Below, in pieces: positions 34,669 to 43,000 of a stretch of DNA of 64,000 nucleotides. This stretch comes from an uncultured delta proteobacterium (GTDB lineage: Bacteria > Myxococcota_A > Polyangia > Palsa-1104), in contig CAWAWS010000004.1 of NCBI GenBank assembly GCA_963785725.1, positions 96,001 to 160,000 on the forward strand, read 5' to 3'. The translations under genes and the position numbers were made by a program. Position 1 is the stretch's first letter. Each line of letters opens with the position of its first letter. A model generated the notes under the pieces. That model had not been told where the DNA came from and did no database searches. It saw only the letters and a list, made by a program, of their open reading frames with translations.

Positions 34669-35154
34669 ATGCCAGACCAGAAAATCCCCATGACGCCACG
34701 GGGCGCTCAGATGTTGAAGGACGAGCTGAAGCGGCGCAAAGAGGTCGATCGGTTCGCGATCGTCAAAGCGATCGAAGAGGCGCGCGGCCACGGCGACCTC
34801 TCGGAGAACGCCGATTATTCGGCCGCCAAAGAGGCGCAAGGCTTCAACGAAGGGCGCATCAAAGAGCTGGAAGTGATGCTGGCGCTGTCGGACATCATCG
34901 ATCCGACGAAGCTCTCGGGCTCGAAGGTCGTGTTCGGCGCGACCGTCAAGCTCTCCGACAGCGACTCGGGCGAGGAGACGATCTACTCGATCGTCGGCGA
35001 GCAGGAAGCGGACATCAAGAAGGGGCTCATCAGCATCGGCGCGCCGGTCGCGCGCGCGCTCATCGGCCGCGAAGTCGGCGACACCGTCACGGTGCGCACG
35101 CCGAAAGGCTCGCGCGAGTACGAGATCCTCGAAGTCAGCTTCCGCGAGCTGTAG
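34669..35154 (+). CDS. greA: Transcription elongation factor GreA
   Basis: ARGHGDLSENADYSAAKE, VFGATV, ISIGAPVARALIG; follows carB. Confidence 0.95.
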   Translation: MPDQKIPMTPRGAQMLKDELKRRKEVDRFAIVKAIEEARGHGDLSENADYSAAKEAQGFNEGRIKELEVMLALSDIIDPTKLSGSKVVFGATVKLSDSDSGEETIYSIVGEQEADIKKGLISIGAPVARALIGREVGDTVTVRTPKGSREYEILEVSFREL

Positions 35155-35215
35155 CCTCCCGAATTTTTTTCCGCAACCTACGCAACTTCCCCGACCGTTC
35201 CCCGATAAGTTAGGC

Positions 35216-37177
35216 ATGCTTTTCAGAAGCAGCATGCCCTTGTCGATCGATCAGGCGTTGACGCGTTTCGGGCTGACCGAGTTTCGGCCCGGGCAGCGCG
35301 AGATCATTCAAGCGATCCTCGACGGTCGGCCGACGATCGCCGTGTTGCCGACGGGCGCCGGCAAGTCGCTCTGTTATCAGCTGCCGGCGGTGGCGCTCGA
35401 GCAGCTGGCGGTGGTCGTGTCGCCGCTCATCTCATTAATGAAGGATCAGGTCGACGCGCTCACGGCGCGTGGCATTCCGGCGACCTTCATCAACAGCTCG
35501 ATCCCGCCCGATGAGCGCGAGTCGCGGCTGCGCGCGGCGGTGCGCGGCGAGCTGCGTTTGTTGTACGTCGCGCCCGAGCGTTTTCGTTCGGCGTCGTTCG
35601 TGGCGCAGCTGAATCGCGCCAAGCCGGCGCTGTTTGCCGTCGACGAAGCGCACTGCATGGTCGATTGGGGGCACGACTTCCGTCCCGATTACGCGCGGCT
35701 CGGCGAAGTGCGCGCGCAGCTCGGCGCGGCGCGCACGGTGGCGCTGACGGCGACGGCGACGCCCGACGTACGCGACGCCATCGTCGAGCAGCTCGGCCTC
35801 GACGAGCCGGCGGTGTTCGTGCGCGGCTTCGATCGGGCGAACCTGCGCTTGTCGGTGCAGGCGGTGCAAGGCGGTGACGACAAGCTGCGCCGTTGTCTGC
35901 AGCTGCTCGACGAGCCGGACGCGCGCGGTAAAGCGGCGATCGTCTACGCGGCGACGCGCAAGAAGGCGGAGGAGGTGGCGTCGTCGCTGCAACAGCGCGG
36001 CGTCGCGGCGCGGCCGTATCACGCGGGGCTGTCGGATGCCGAGCGCGTCGACGTGCAGGACGCGTGGATGGCCGATCGCGTGCGCGTGGTCGTGGCGACG
36101 AACGCGTTCGGGATGGGCGTCGACAAGCGCGACGTGCGGCTGGTCATTCACCACGAGCTGCCCGGTTCGGCCGAGGCCTATTATCAGGAGGCCGGTCGCG
36201 CCGGTCGTGACGGCAATCCGGCGCGCTGCGTGCTGCTGTTCAATCATGCCGACGTGCGGCTGCGCGAGTTCCTGATTACGGCGAGCGGCAACGACGGACC
36301 GCGGCCGGCGGCGGCGATCCAGGCGGAGAAAGAGCGGCTGCGCGGCATGCTGAATTACGCTTACGCGCGCGGCTGCCGGCGCGCGTTCGTGCTCAGCTAC
36401 TTCGGCGATCAGCCGCGCCGTTGCGGTGGTGACGCGCTGCCGTGTGACGCCTGCGCCGCGCGTCGTGACGACTCGCCGATCTCGGACGAAGAGCATTTGA
36501 TGGTGCGCAAGGTCCTGTCGTGCGTCGCGCGGCTCGATGGCGGGTTCGGCCGCAAGCGGGTCGCCTTGTGCCTCGTCGGCTCGGACGCGCGCGAAGTCGT
36601 CGACGCCGGGCTGCACAAGGTGTCGACGTGGGGCGCGCTGCGTGACCGGCCGGTGGCGTACGTGCTCGACGTGCTCGGCGTGTTGGAAGCGGGCGGCCTC
36701 ATCGTGGCCGAAGGGGACGACTATCCCTGCTTGCGGATCACGCCGGCCGGTCGCGAGGTCATGCACGATCGGGCGCGCCCGTCGCTGTCGATTCCGCGGC
36801 CGGGCGCGCGCCCGGCGCCGGCGCCGAGCGGACGCGGCGGCTCGTCGTCGTCGTCGTCGCGCGCGGCGGCTCCGATGGACGATGGCGAGCCGGTCGATCA
36901 AGAGCTGTTCGGTCGGCTGCGCGCGCTGCGTGCGAAGCTGGCGGCGGCCGAGAAGTTGCCGGCGTACTGCATCTTTCACGATCGAACGCTGTCGGCGTTG
37001 GCGCGCGCACGACCGGCCACGCTCGACGAAATGGCGACGGTCAGCGGAGTTGGTCCGACGAAGCTGGCGAAGTATGGCGAGGCGTTTCTGACGGAATTGC
37101 GCGAAGACGAAGCGCGGAGACGAGCCGGCCGCGCCCGATTGACGGTCAATCGGCGGGTCGAGCGGGCGAAGCTGTGA
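35216..37177 (+). CDS. recQ: RecQ-family ATP-dependent DNA helicase
   Basis: PTGAGKSLCYQLP, VDEAH, WGHDFRP, ATNAFGMGVDK, YYQEAGRAGRDG, Zn-binding Cys, RQC and HRDC regions. Confidence 0.95.
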   Translation: MLFRSSMPLSIDQALTRFGLTEFRPGQREIIQAILDGRPTIAVLPTGAGKSLCYQLPAVALEQLAVVVSPLISLMKDQVDALTARGIPATFINSSIPPDERESRLRAAVRGELRLLYVAPERFRSASFVAQLNRAKPALFAVDEAHCMVDWGHDFRPDYARLGEVRAQLGAARTVALTATATPDVRDAIVEQLGLDEPAVFVRGFDRANLRLSVQAVQGGDDKLRRCLQLLDEPDARGKAAIVYAATRKKAEEVASSLQQRGVAARPYHAGLSDAERVDVQDAWMADRVRVVVATNAFGMGVDKRDVRLVIHHELPGSAEAYYQEAGRAGRDGNPARCVLLFNHADVRLREFLITASGNDGPRPAAAIQAEKERLRGMLNYAYARGCRRAFVLSYFGDQPRRCGGDALPCDACAARRDDSPISDEEHLMVRKVLSCVARLDGGFGRKRVALCLVGSDAREVVDAGLHKVSTWGALRDRPVAYVLDVLGVLEAGGLIVAEGDDYPCLRITPAGREVMHDRARPSLSIPRPGARPAPAPSGRGGSSSSSSRAAAPMDDGEPVDQELFGRLRALRAKLAAAEKLPAYCIFHDRTLSALARARPATLDEMATVSGVGPTKLAKYGEAFLTELREDEARRRAGRARLTVNRRVERAKL

Positions 37178-37456
37178 TCAGCCGCCGTCGGTCGTCGTCG
37201 TCGTGTGCGCCATATCGACGGTCGGTACGACGACGGTCATGTCGGCGGTGACGCTGAGATCGCCGAGCAACGAGTCGGGCGGCTCGCAGAATCCGCCGGC
37301 CTGCGGCGTACCGCCGGCGGGGAAGACGCACAGGAGGTCGCCGCCACAGTCGCTCTGGACCTGACAGCGCTCGCCGACACCTTGCGAACAGGCGGTGAGG
37401 AAGACCAGCGGCATCGTGACGACGAGGAGGGCAGCTAATCTAAGAAAACGCACCAT
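37178..37456 (-). CDS. Small Cys-rich lipoprotein
   Basis: Lipobox LTAC; GERCQVQSDCGGDLLC...FC. Confidence 0.75.
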   Translation of the reverse strand: MVRFLRLAALLVVTMPLVFLTACSQGVGERCQVQSDCGGDLLCVFPAGGTPQAGGFCEPPDSLLGDLSVTADMTVVVPTVDMAHTTTTTDGG

Positions 37457-37463
37457 CGCGATT

Positions 37464-38396
37464 CTATAGCACGACTCCGCGGAGGCAGCGAAATCCGATC
37501 TCGGGCGAGCGCGTCTCGGGAACGGCCGCCTCGCGATAGGTCGTGCGCGCGAAGAACGGCGGCTGGCGCCAGGAGCCGCCGCGCAGGACGCGCATGGCGC
37601 CGGCGTCGGGACCGCGTGGGTTCACGGTCGACGTCGTCTGCGGCGGCTCGACGCGGTAGAAGTCGGCGGTCCACTCCATGACGTTGCCGGCGAGGTCGAG
37701 CACGCCGTCGGGCGATGCGCCGTCGGGATGCGAGCCGACCGGGGCCAAGAAGGCGGCGCCGTCGCTGGCGTCGGGGCGCATGAGCGCGGCGTAGTCGCCG
37801 TCGAGGTCGTCGGGCGTCGTGAAGCGGCCGTGGTTGAAGGCGTTGGCTTTGAGGACGTTGCCCCACGGCCAGACGCGCCCGTCGGTGCCGCGGGCGGCGC
37901 GCTCCCATTCGGCCTCGGTGGGCAGGCGGGCGCCGCGCCAGCCGCAGTAGCTGCTGGCTTCGTCGTAGGTGACGGAAGTGATGGGGAATTCGGGGGCGAT
38001 GAAGCGGCTGTCGGAGAGCGCGAGCGGCGTCGGCGGGCAGGCGCCGGCACGCACGCAGGCTCGATAGGAGGCGACGGTGACTTCGACGCGATCGATGGTG
38101 AAGTCGGAGACGAAGACGCGCTGCTGCGGGCCCTCGGACTCGACGGCGTCGTGGACGCATTGGTGGCGGTTGCGGGCGCTGATTTCGTCGCGGCAGAGCT
38201 CGAGGGCGGTGGCTTGGACTTCGGCGGAGGCGCCCATCGTGAAGAGGCCGCCGCGGATGGGCACCATCGCTTCCAACGGGCGAGCGACGACGGTGGCGCG
38301 GCCGGTGCGCGCTTCGAACGTGGGCGCGGCCGGGCGCGCCGGCGGCGGCGGCGACGCGGCGGTGACGCTGAGGACGAAGACGAGGACGGCGCGCAC
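37464..38396 (-). CDS. Formylglycine-generating-enzyme (SUMF1/FGE-sulfatase) family protein
   Basis: GGLFTMGA, RLPTEAEWERAARG, DLAGNVMEW, RVLRGGSW, IGFRC. GTG start inferred. Confidence 0.9.
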   Translation of the reverse strand: MRAVLVFVLSVTAASPPPPARPAAPTFEARTGRATVVARPLEAMVPIRGGLFTMGASAEVQATALELCRDEISARNRHQCVHDAVESEGPQQRVFVSDFTIDRVEVTVASYRACVRAGACPPTPLALSDSRFIAPEFPITSVTYDEASSYCGWRGARLPTEAEWERAARGTDGRVWPWGNVLKANAFNHGRFTTPDDLDGDYAALMRPDASDGAAFLAPVGSHPDGASPDGVLDLAGNVMEWTADFYRVEPPQTTSTVNPRGPDAGAMRVLRGGSWRQPPFFARTTYREAAVPETRSPEIGFRCLRGVVL

Positions 38397-38425
38397 GGAC
38401 GAAGGATACACTGCGCGGCAGCCCG

Positions 38426-39631
38426 ATGCCGCTTCGCGCACAAAGTCGTCTGCCGAGAGTCGTCGCGGTCGCGATCGCCGGCGCTGCCGCGGCACTGTCG
38501 TCGCCGTTCGCTTCCATCGCGACCGCGGGCGCGACGACGAGCGGGGCGGCGGCGGCCGGCACGGGCGCGACCAGCCGGGCGACCGCTCCCGGCGCGACAA
38601 CCACCCGCGCGATGGCTATTACGACGAATGGCGCCACGACGGTCGGTTCGGCAGCCACGGCGGCGGGCGCGACGCGGACGGCCGCGCAAACGGCGTCGTT
38701 CGATCGGGGCGTCTCGCTGGGCTTGTTCGCCGAGGACTCCGGCTGGTCCTATCGTCCGCTGCTCAACGAGATCGCCGCGACCGGCGCCGATCATGTCGAG
38801 CTCGTCGTTGCGTGGTATCAGTCCGACGGCGCCGCGATCGAAATTGGCGAGCATCCACGCTTCTCGGCGCCACCGACGGCGATTCGCGCGGCGATTCGCG
38901 ACGCGCATGCCGCCGGTCTGGCCGTGCTGCTGTTTCCGATCGTTCGCCTCTCGGCGCCGCGCAATGGCGACGACTGGCGCGGCACGCTGCAGCCCCGCGA
39001 TCGCGCCGCTTGGTGGCGCAGCTACGGTGATCGCCTGGAGTCGCTGGCGCGCCTTGCCGCCGAAGAGCACGTCGCCATGCTCTCGGTCGGCAGCGAGCTC
39101 TCGACGCTCGACGGACCCGCCGATCACGACGCCTGGAAGCGCGTCATCGCCCGCGTGCGCCGTCGCTTCAGCGGTCCGCTGCTGTATTCCGGCAACTGGG
39201 ACCACTTCGCCGACGTCGCCATGTACGACCTGGTCGATCGCATCGGCTTGTGCGCCTACTTCGCGCTCGTCGACGGCAGCACGCCCCACGGCGTCGACGA
39301 CCTCATCCGCGGCTGGCGCGATTGGCGCGCCGAGCTGGCCCGCTTCGCGCGCACGCAAGGCCGTCCGCTGACGCTGACCGAGGTCGGCTACCGCTCGATC
39401 GCCGGCGCCGGCGCGTCGCCGTGGGACGAAGGCTCGCCCGGCACCGTCGACGTCGAGGAGCAGCGCCGCTGCTACGAAGCCTTCCGTCGCGTCTGGCACG
39501 ACGCGCCGCCCGAGCTGTTGGCCGGCGTCTACATTTGGAATTGGTACGGCTGGGGCGGGCCGACGTCACGCAGCTACAGCCCGCGCGGCAAACCGGCGGC
39601 GGCTGAGCTGCGGCAGCTTTTCGGGCGTTGA
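38426..39631 (+). CDS. Exported glycoside hydrolase, GH113-like TIM barrel
   Basis: Signal peptide + Thr/Ala linker; WRG, SVGSEL, YSGNWD, AYF, TEVGYRS, PWD, GVYIWNW. Confidence 0.8.
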   Translation: MPLRAQSRLPRVVAVAIAGAAAALSSPFASIATAGATTSGAAAAGTGATSRATAPGATTTRAMAITTNGATTVGSAATAAGATRTAAQTASFDRGVSLGLFAEDSGWSYRPLLNEIAATGADHVELVVAWYQSDGAAIEIGEHPRFSAPPTAIRAAIRDAHAAGLAVLLFPIVRLSAPRNGDDWRGTLQPRDRAAWWRSYGDRLESLARLAAEEHVAMLSVGSELSTLDGPADHDAWKRVIARVRRRFSGPLLYSGNWDHFADVAMYDLVDRIGLCAYFALVDGSTPHGVDDLIRGWRDWRAELARFARTQGRPLTLTEVGYRSIAGAGASPWDEGSPGTVDVEEQRRCYEAFRRVWHDAPPELLAGVYIWNWYGWGGPTSRSYSPRGKPAAAELRQLFGR

Positions 39632-39801
39632 TTGGCGGGGCGCGTGGAGTGAATGAAGCGCGCGGCGGAGGCAGGCAACTTAATTGCGGTGGGCGCGATA
39701 ACCAAGGGAGGGCGGTTGGGGGTCGTTATCGGAGCTGCGGAGAGCCCACCATCCTCTGGAATCTTAGTCGCGGTTGACCAGGGACGAGGCGAAGCCGATC
39801 T

Positions 39802-40056
39802 GTCGCCGGCTACAGAATCCCGAGGTGCGTGCGGACGGCGAACATATCCTCCGTCGCCGGCCACAGAATCCCGAGGTGCGTGCGGACGGCGAACATATCC
39901 TCCGTCGCCGGCCACAGAATCCCGAGGTGCGTGCGGCGGCGAACATATCCTCCGTCGCCGGCTGCAGAAGCCCGAGGTACCCGCAGACGGCGAACATCCT
40001 CCGTCGCCGGCTATAGAATCCCGAGGTGCTTGCGGACGGCGAACATATCCTCCGTC
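39802..40056. repeat. Five tandem ~51-bp units copying the 3' end of the downstream-facing TPR gene
   Basis: Units start at 39802, 39853, 39904, 39954, 40003 (51, 51, 50, 49, 51 bp); consensus GTCGCCGGCYACAGAATCCCGAGGTGCGTGCGGACGGCGAACATATCCTCC. Confidence 0.95.
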
Positions 40057-43000
40057 ACGCTCGACCACACGAGATCGAGCAGTCGCTGCGTCGCCGGCAA
40101 CGCCGTGCCCGGCTGCGGCTCACCCGCCACCAGCCGCGCCGACGTCTCCAAATCGCCCGCCAGCATGTAGCCCGCGCGTAACGCCGTCAGATCGCTCGCC
40201 TGCAGCCACGCTAGCGCCGCCGCCTCGCCGCGCACGCCGCCCGCGCGCAGCTTGCGGCCGATCGCCGCCACCTGCTCCAGCTGCGCCGCCGCCAGCGACC
40301 GCTTCATCGCCGCCGCCATCTTGCCGAGGTCGGTGGTCTCGTCGAGCACATCGCCACCGAGCGCCATCGCCGCCTCGACGACGATGCCGAGCTGCTGCGC
40401 CTGCGGCAACACCAAGCGCAAGAGCCGCTCGGGCCTGAGCTGCGCCACGCGCCGACCGAGCTCGAAGACCTGCTCGCGCTCGCCCCGCTTGTCGCCGACC
40501 AACGGCGCGCCGAGCACGAACACCGGCACGTACTGGCTCTTGTCGACGCAATAGGCGAACGTCACCGGCTCCTTCTGCTCCGGCCGCACGTAGGTCTCCG
40601 GCGCCGGCACACCCAACGCCGTCGCCACGTACTTGAGCGCCTTGGCGTACGAGCGCGCGTCATCGAGCGGCAGCGCCTCCTTGCGCACGAGGCCGAGCGC
40701 CTTGTGCGGCTGCGCCTGCGCCACCGCCAACATCGGCCCCATGATCGCGAACAGCGCGTCGAGATAGCGATCCTCGTCGGGATGGGTCAGCCGCTGCCAC
40801 ATCTCGTCACTGATCGTGCGCTTCGCCGTCAACAATCCCGGCAGCTGCGCCTTGTGCCGCGCGATCTTCTCGAGGTCGTCGGGCTCGCCCTTCTTCAAGA
40901 AGGCCAGCGCATACGACAGGTGGATCGACTTATCGCGCTGCGACGTCTGGATATACAGGTGCTTCAACGCGCGGTAGGAGACGACGCGGTTCTTCTCGTT
41001 GCGCAGGATGTACTGGTGCTCGAGGATCGCCTTGTCGAACTTGTCCGGCCCCGCCTGCACGTACAGATCGGCGATCTGCTTGTGCCGCTCGAGCGTGGCT
41101 TTGCCGAACGTGAGCGCCACTTCCAGCGCCGCCAGCGCGCTCTCGCGCTCGCCCAGCTGCGACAGGCAGACGTCGCCGACCGCCGTCCAGATGCGCCGCC
41201 GCTCCTCGTTCTTGCCGTCGGCGTTCTCCGGCGACTCGGGCCCGAGCCGCTTGAGCGTCTTGCGGTAGAAGCGCGCCAACGCCTTCCACTCGCGACGGTC
41301 GATATACAGCTCTTCCAGCGCCTGCGCCGAACGCTCCAGCGAGCCGTCGTCGTCGAGCGCCGCCGACAGGTGCGTCGCGGCGTCTTCGGAGCGGCCGAGC
41401 TCGTCGCGGCAGATGAGGCCGGCGGCGTGGCGATACTTCGCGCGCACCGACGTCGTCTTCTCGCACGCGATGAGCCGCTCGAGCATCTCCAGCGCCCGCG
41501 ACCACGACTTCTCCTCGACATAGACATCGAGGCACTTGTGCAAGAGCTTGTGGTTCTCGGGCTGCAGCTCGAGCCCTTCGCGCCAGGCGGCGATGGCTTC
41601 GGCGCGGTTCTCCAGCTTCGTCAACCACAGGTCGCCGATCTCGGTGTACAGCCGCAGCTTCTCGTCGACGGGCGCCGTCAACAACAGCGCCTTCTTGGCG
41701 TCGATGAGCGACTCCGGCTGCGCCGTGCCCAGCTCCATCGACAACAAGATCGAGGGCCGATGCGTCGGGTCCAGCTCGAGCGCGCGCGACAAGTAGGCCT
41801 TGGCGGCCTCTTTGTGCTGCAGTTGCAGCTCACAGGCCGCCAGCCGCTGGAACAGCTCCACCTTCTCCGACGGCGGCAGATCGTCGACGTGGGTGTGGAA
41901 GATCGCCTCCAACGCCAAGAGCGCCTCCGGCCACTGCCCGTGCGTCCAATGCCACTGCGCGCGACCGCGCGCCGCCGGCAGGTTCTTCGGATCGAGCGTC
42001 GCCGCGCGCGAGTAAGCCTTGCCGATCTTGTCGTCGAGGCCGAGCCGCTCCGCCGACTGCGCCAAGCGCACCAGCCGCTCGACCAGCACCGGCGACTCGC
42101 TCTCTTTGCGCGTCAACATCTCGAGCACCGGCACGAGATCTTCGTAGCGCTCGGCCTTCCACAGCAGCTCGGCCACGCGCTCGCCCGCTTCGACGTGCTC
42201 GGGATCGACCGCCAGCGCGTCCAGATAGAGCTGCGTCGCCTTCTTGCCGTCGTCGAGCCCGTCGAAGATCTCGCCCGCCTCGACGTAGAGGCGCGTCTTC
42301 TCCAGCCGATTCGTCGTGTGCGGCACCGCTTCCACGAGCAGCTTGGCCGCCTTCAAGAACTCGCCATGCTTCCGATAAATCTCGACCAGCGCCGTCATCG
42401 TCGGCACGTGCGTCGGGTCGAGCTCGAGCGCGCGCACGAAGCGCGTCTCGGCCGCGCGCGCGTCGCTCAGCTTGCCGGCATAAATCTCGCCGGCGCGGAA
42501 CACGTGCTCGAGCTTCTCCGCCTTCACTTCCGCGATCTGCGCGCGCCGCTCGAGCACGTCGGCCGCCTTCTGCCACTCGCTCGACTTCTCGTACAGCCGC
42601 GTCAACGCCGCCATCGTCTCGCCGTGGTTCGGCAGCGCCGTCTCGACGTCGAGGAACGCCTCGATGGCGCGCGCCGGATCGCGCAGCTCGTTCTCGTAAA
42701 TGGCGCCGATCTGCGCGTGCAGCTCGCCCGCGATCGGCGGCGGCACGATGGCCGCGTGCCGACGCAGGACGTCGACGAGCGCGTCCCACTTCTTGTCGGC
42801 GCGATAAAGCCGCTCGAGCGAGCGCAGCGCGTCTTCGGAGCGGCTGTCGACGGAGAGCAGCTTCTCCAGGCACTCCTCGGCACCGTCGGCGCCGCCCGGC
42901 AGCTCCTCGTACAACGAAGCCATGCGGCGATAGAGCGCCGCTCGCTCGCGCGGCTCGGCCACGTCCGCCTGCCGTCCGAGGCTCTCGATGTAACGCTGCT

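Noticed and set aside
39802..40056. CRISPR array
   Set aside because: Units are contiguous with no unique spacers, match the adjacent gene end, and no cas genes are in the window.
39802..40056. Diversity-generating retroelement template/variable repeats
   Set aside because: No reverse transcriptase in the window, and the differences include C>T, T>C and deletions, not only adenine changes.
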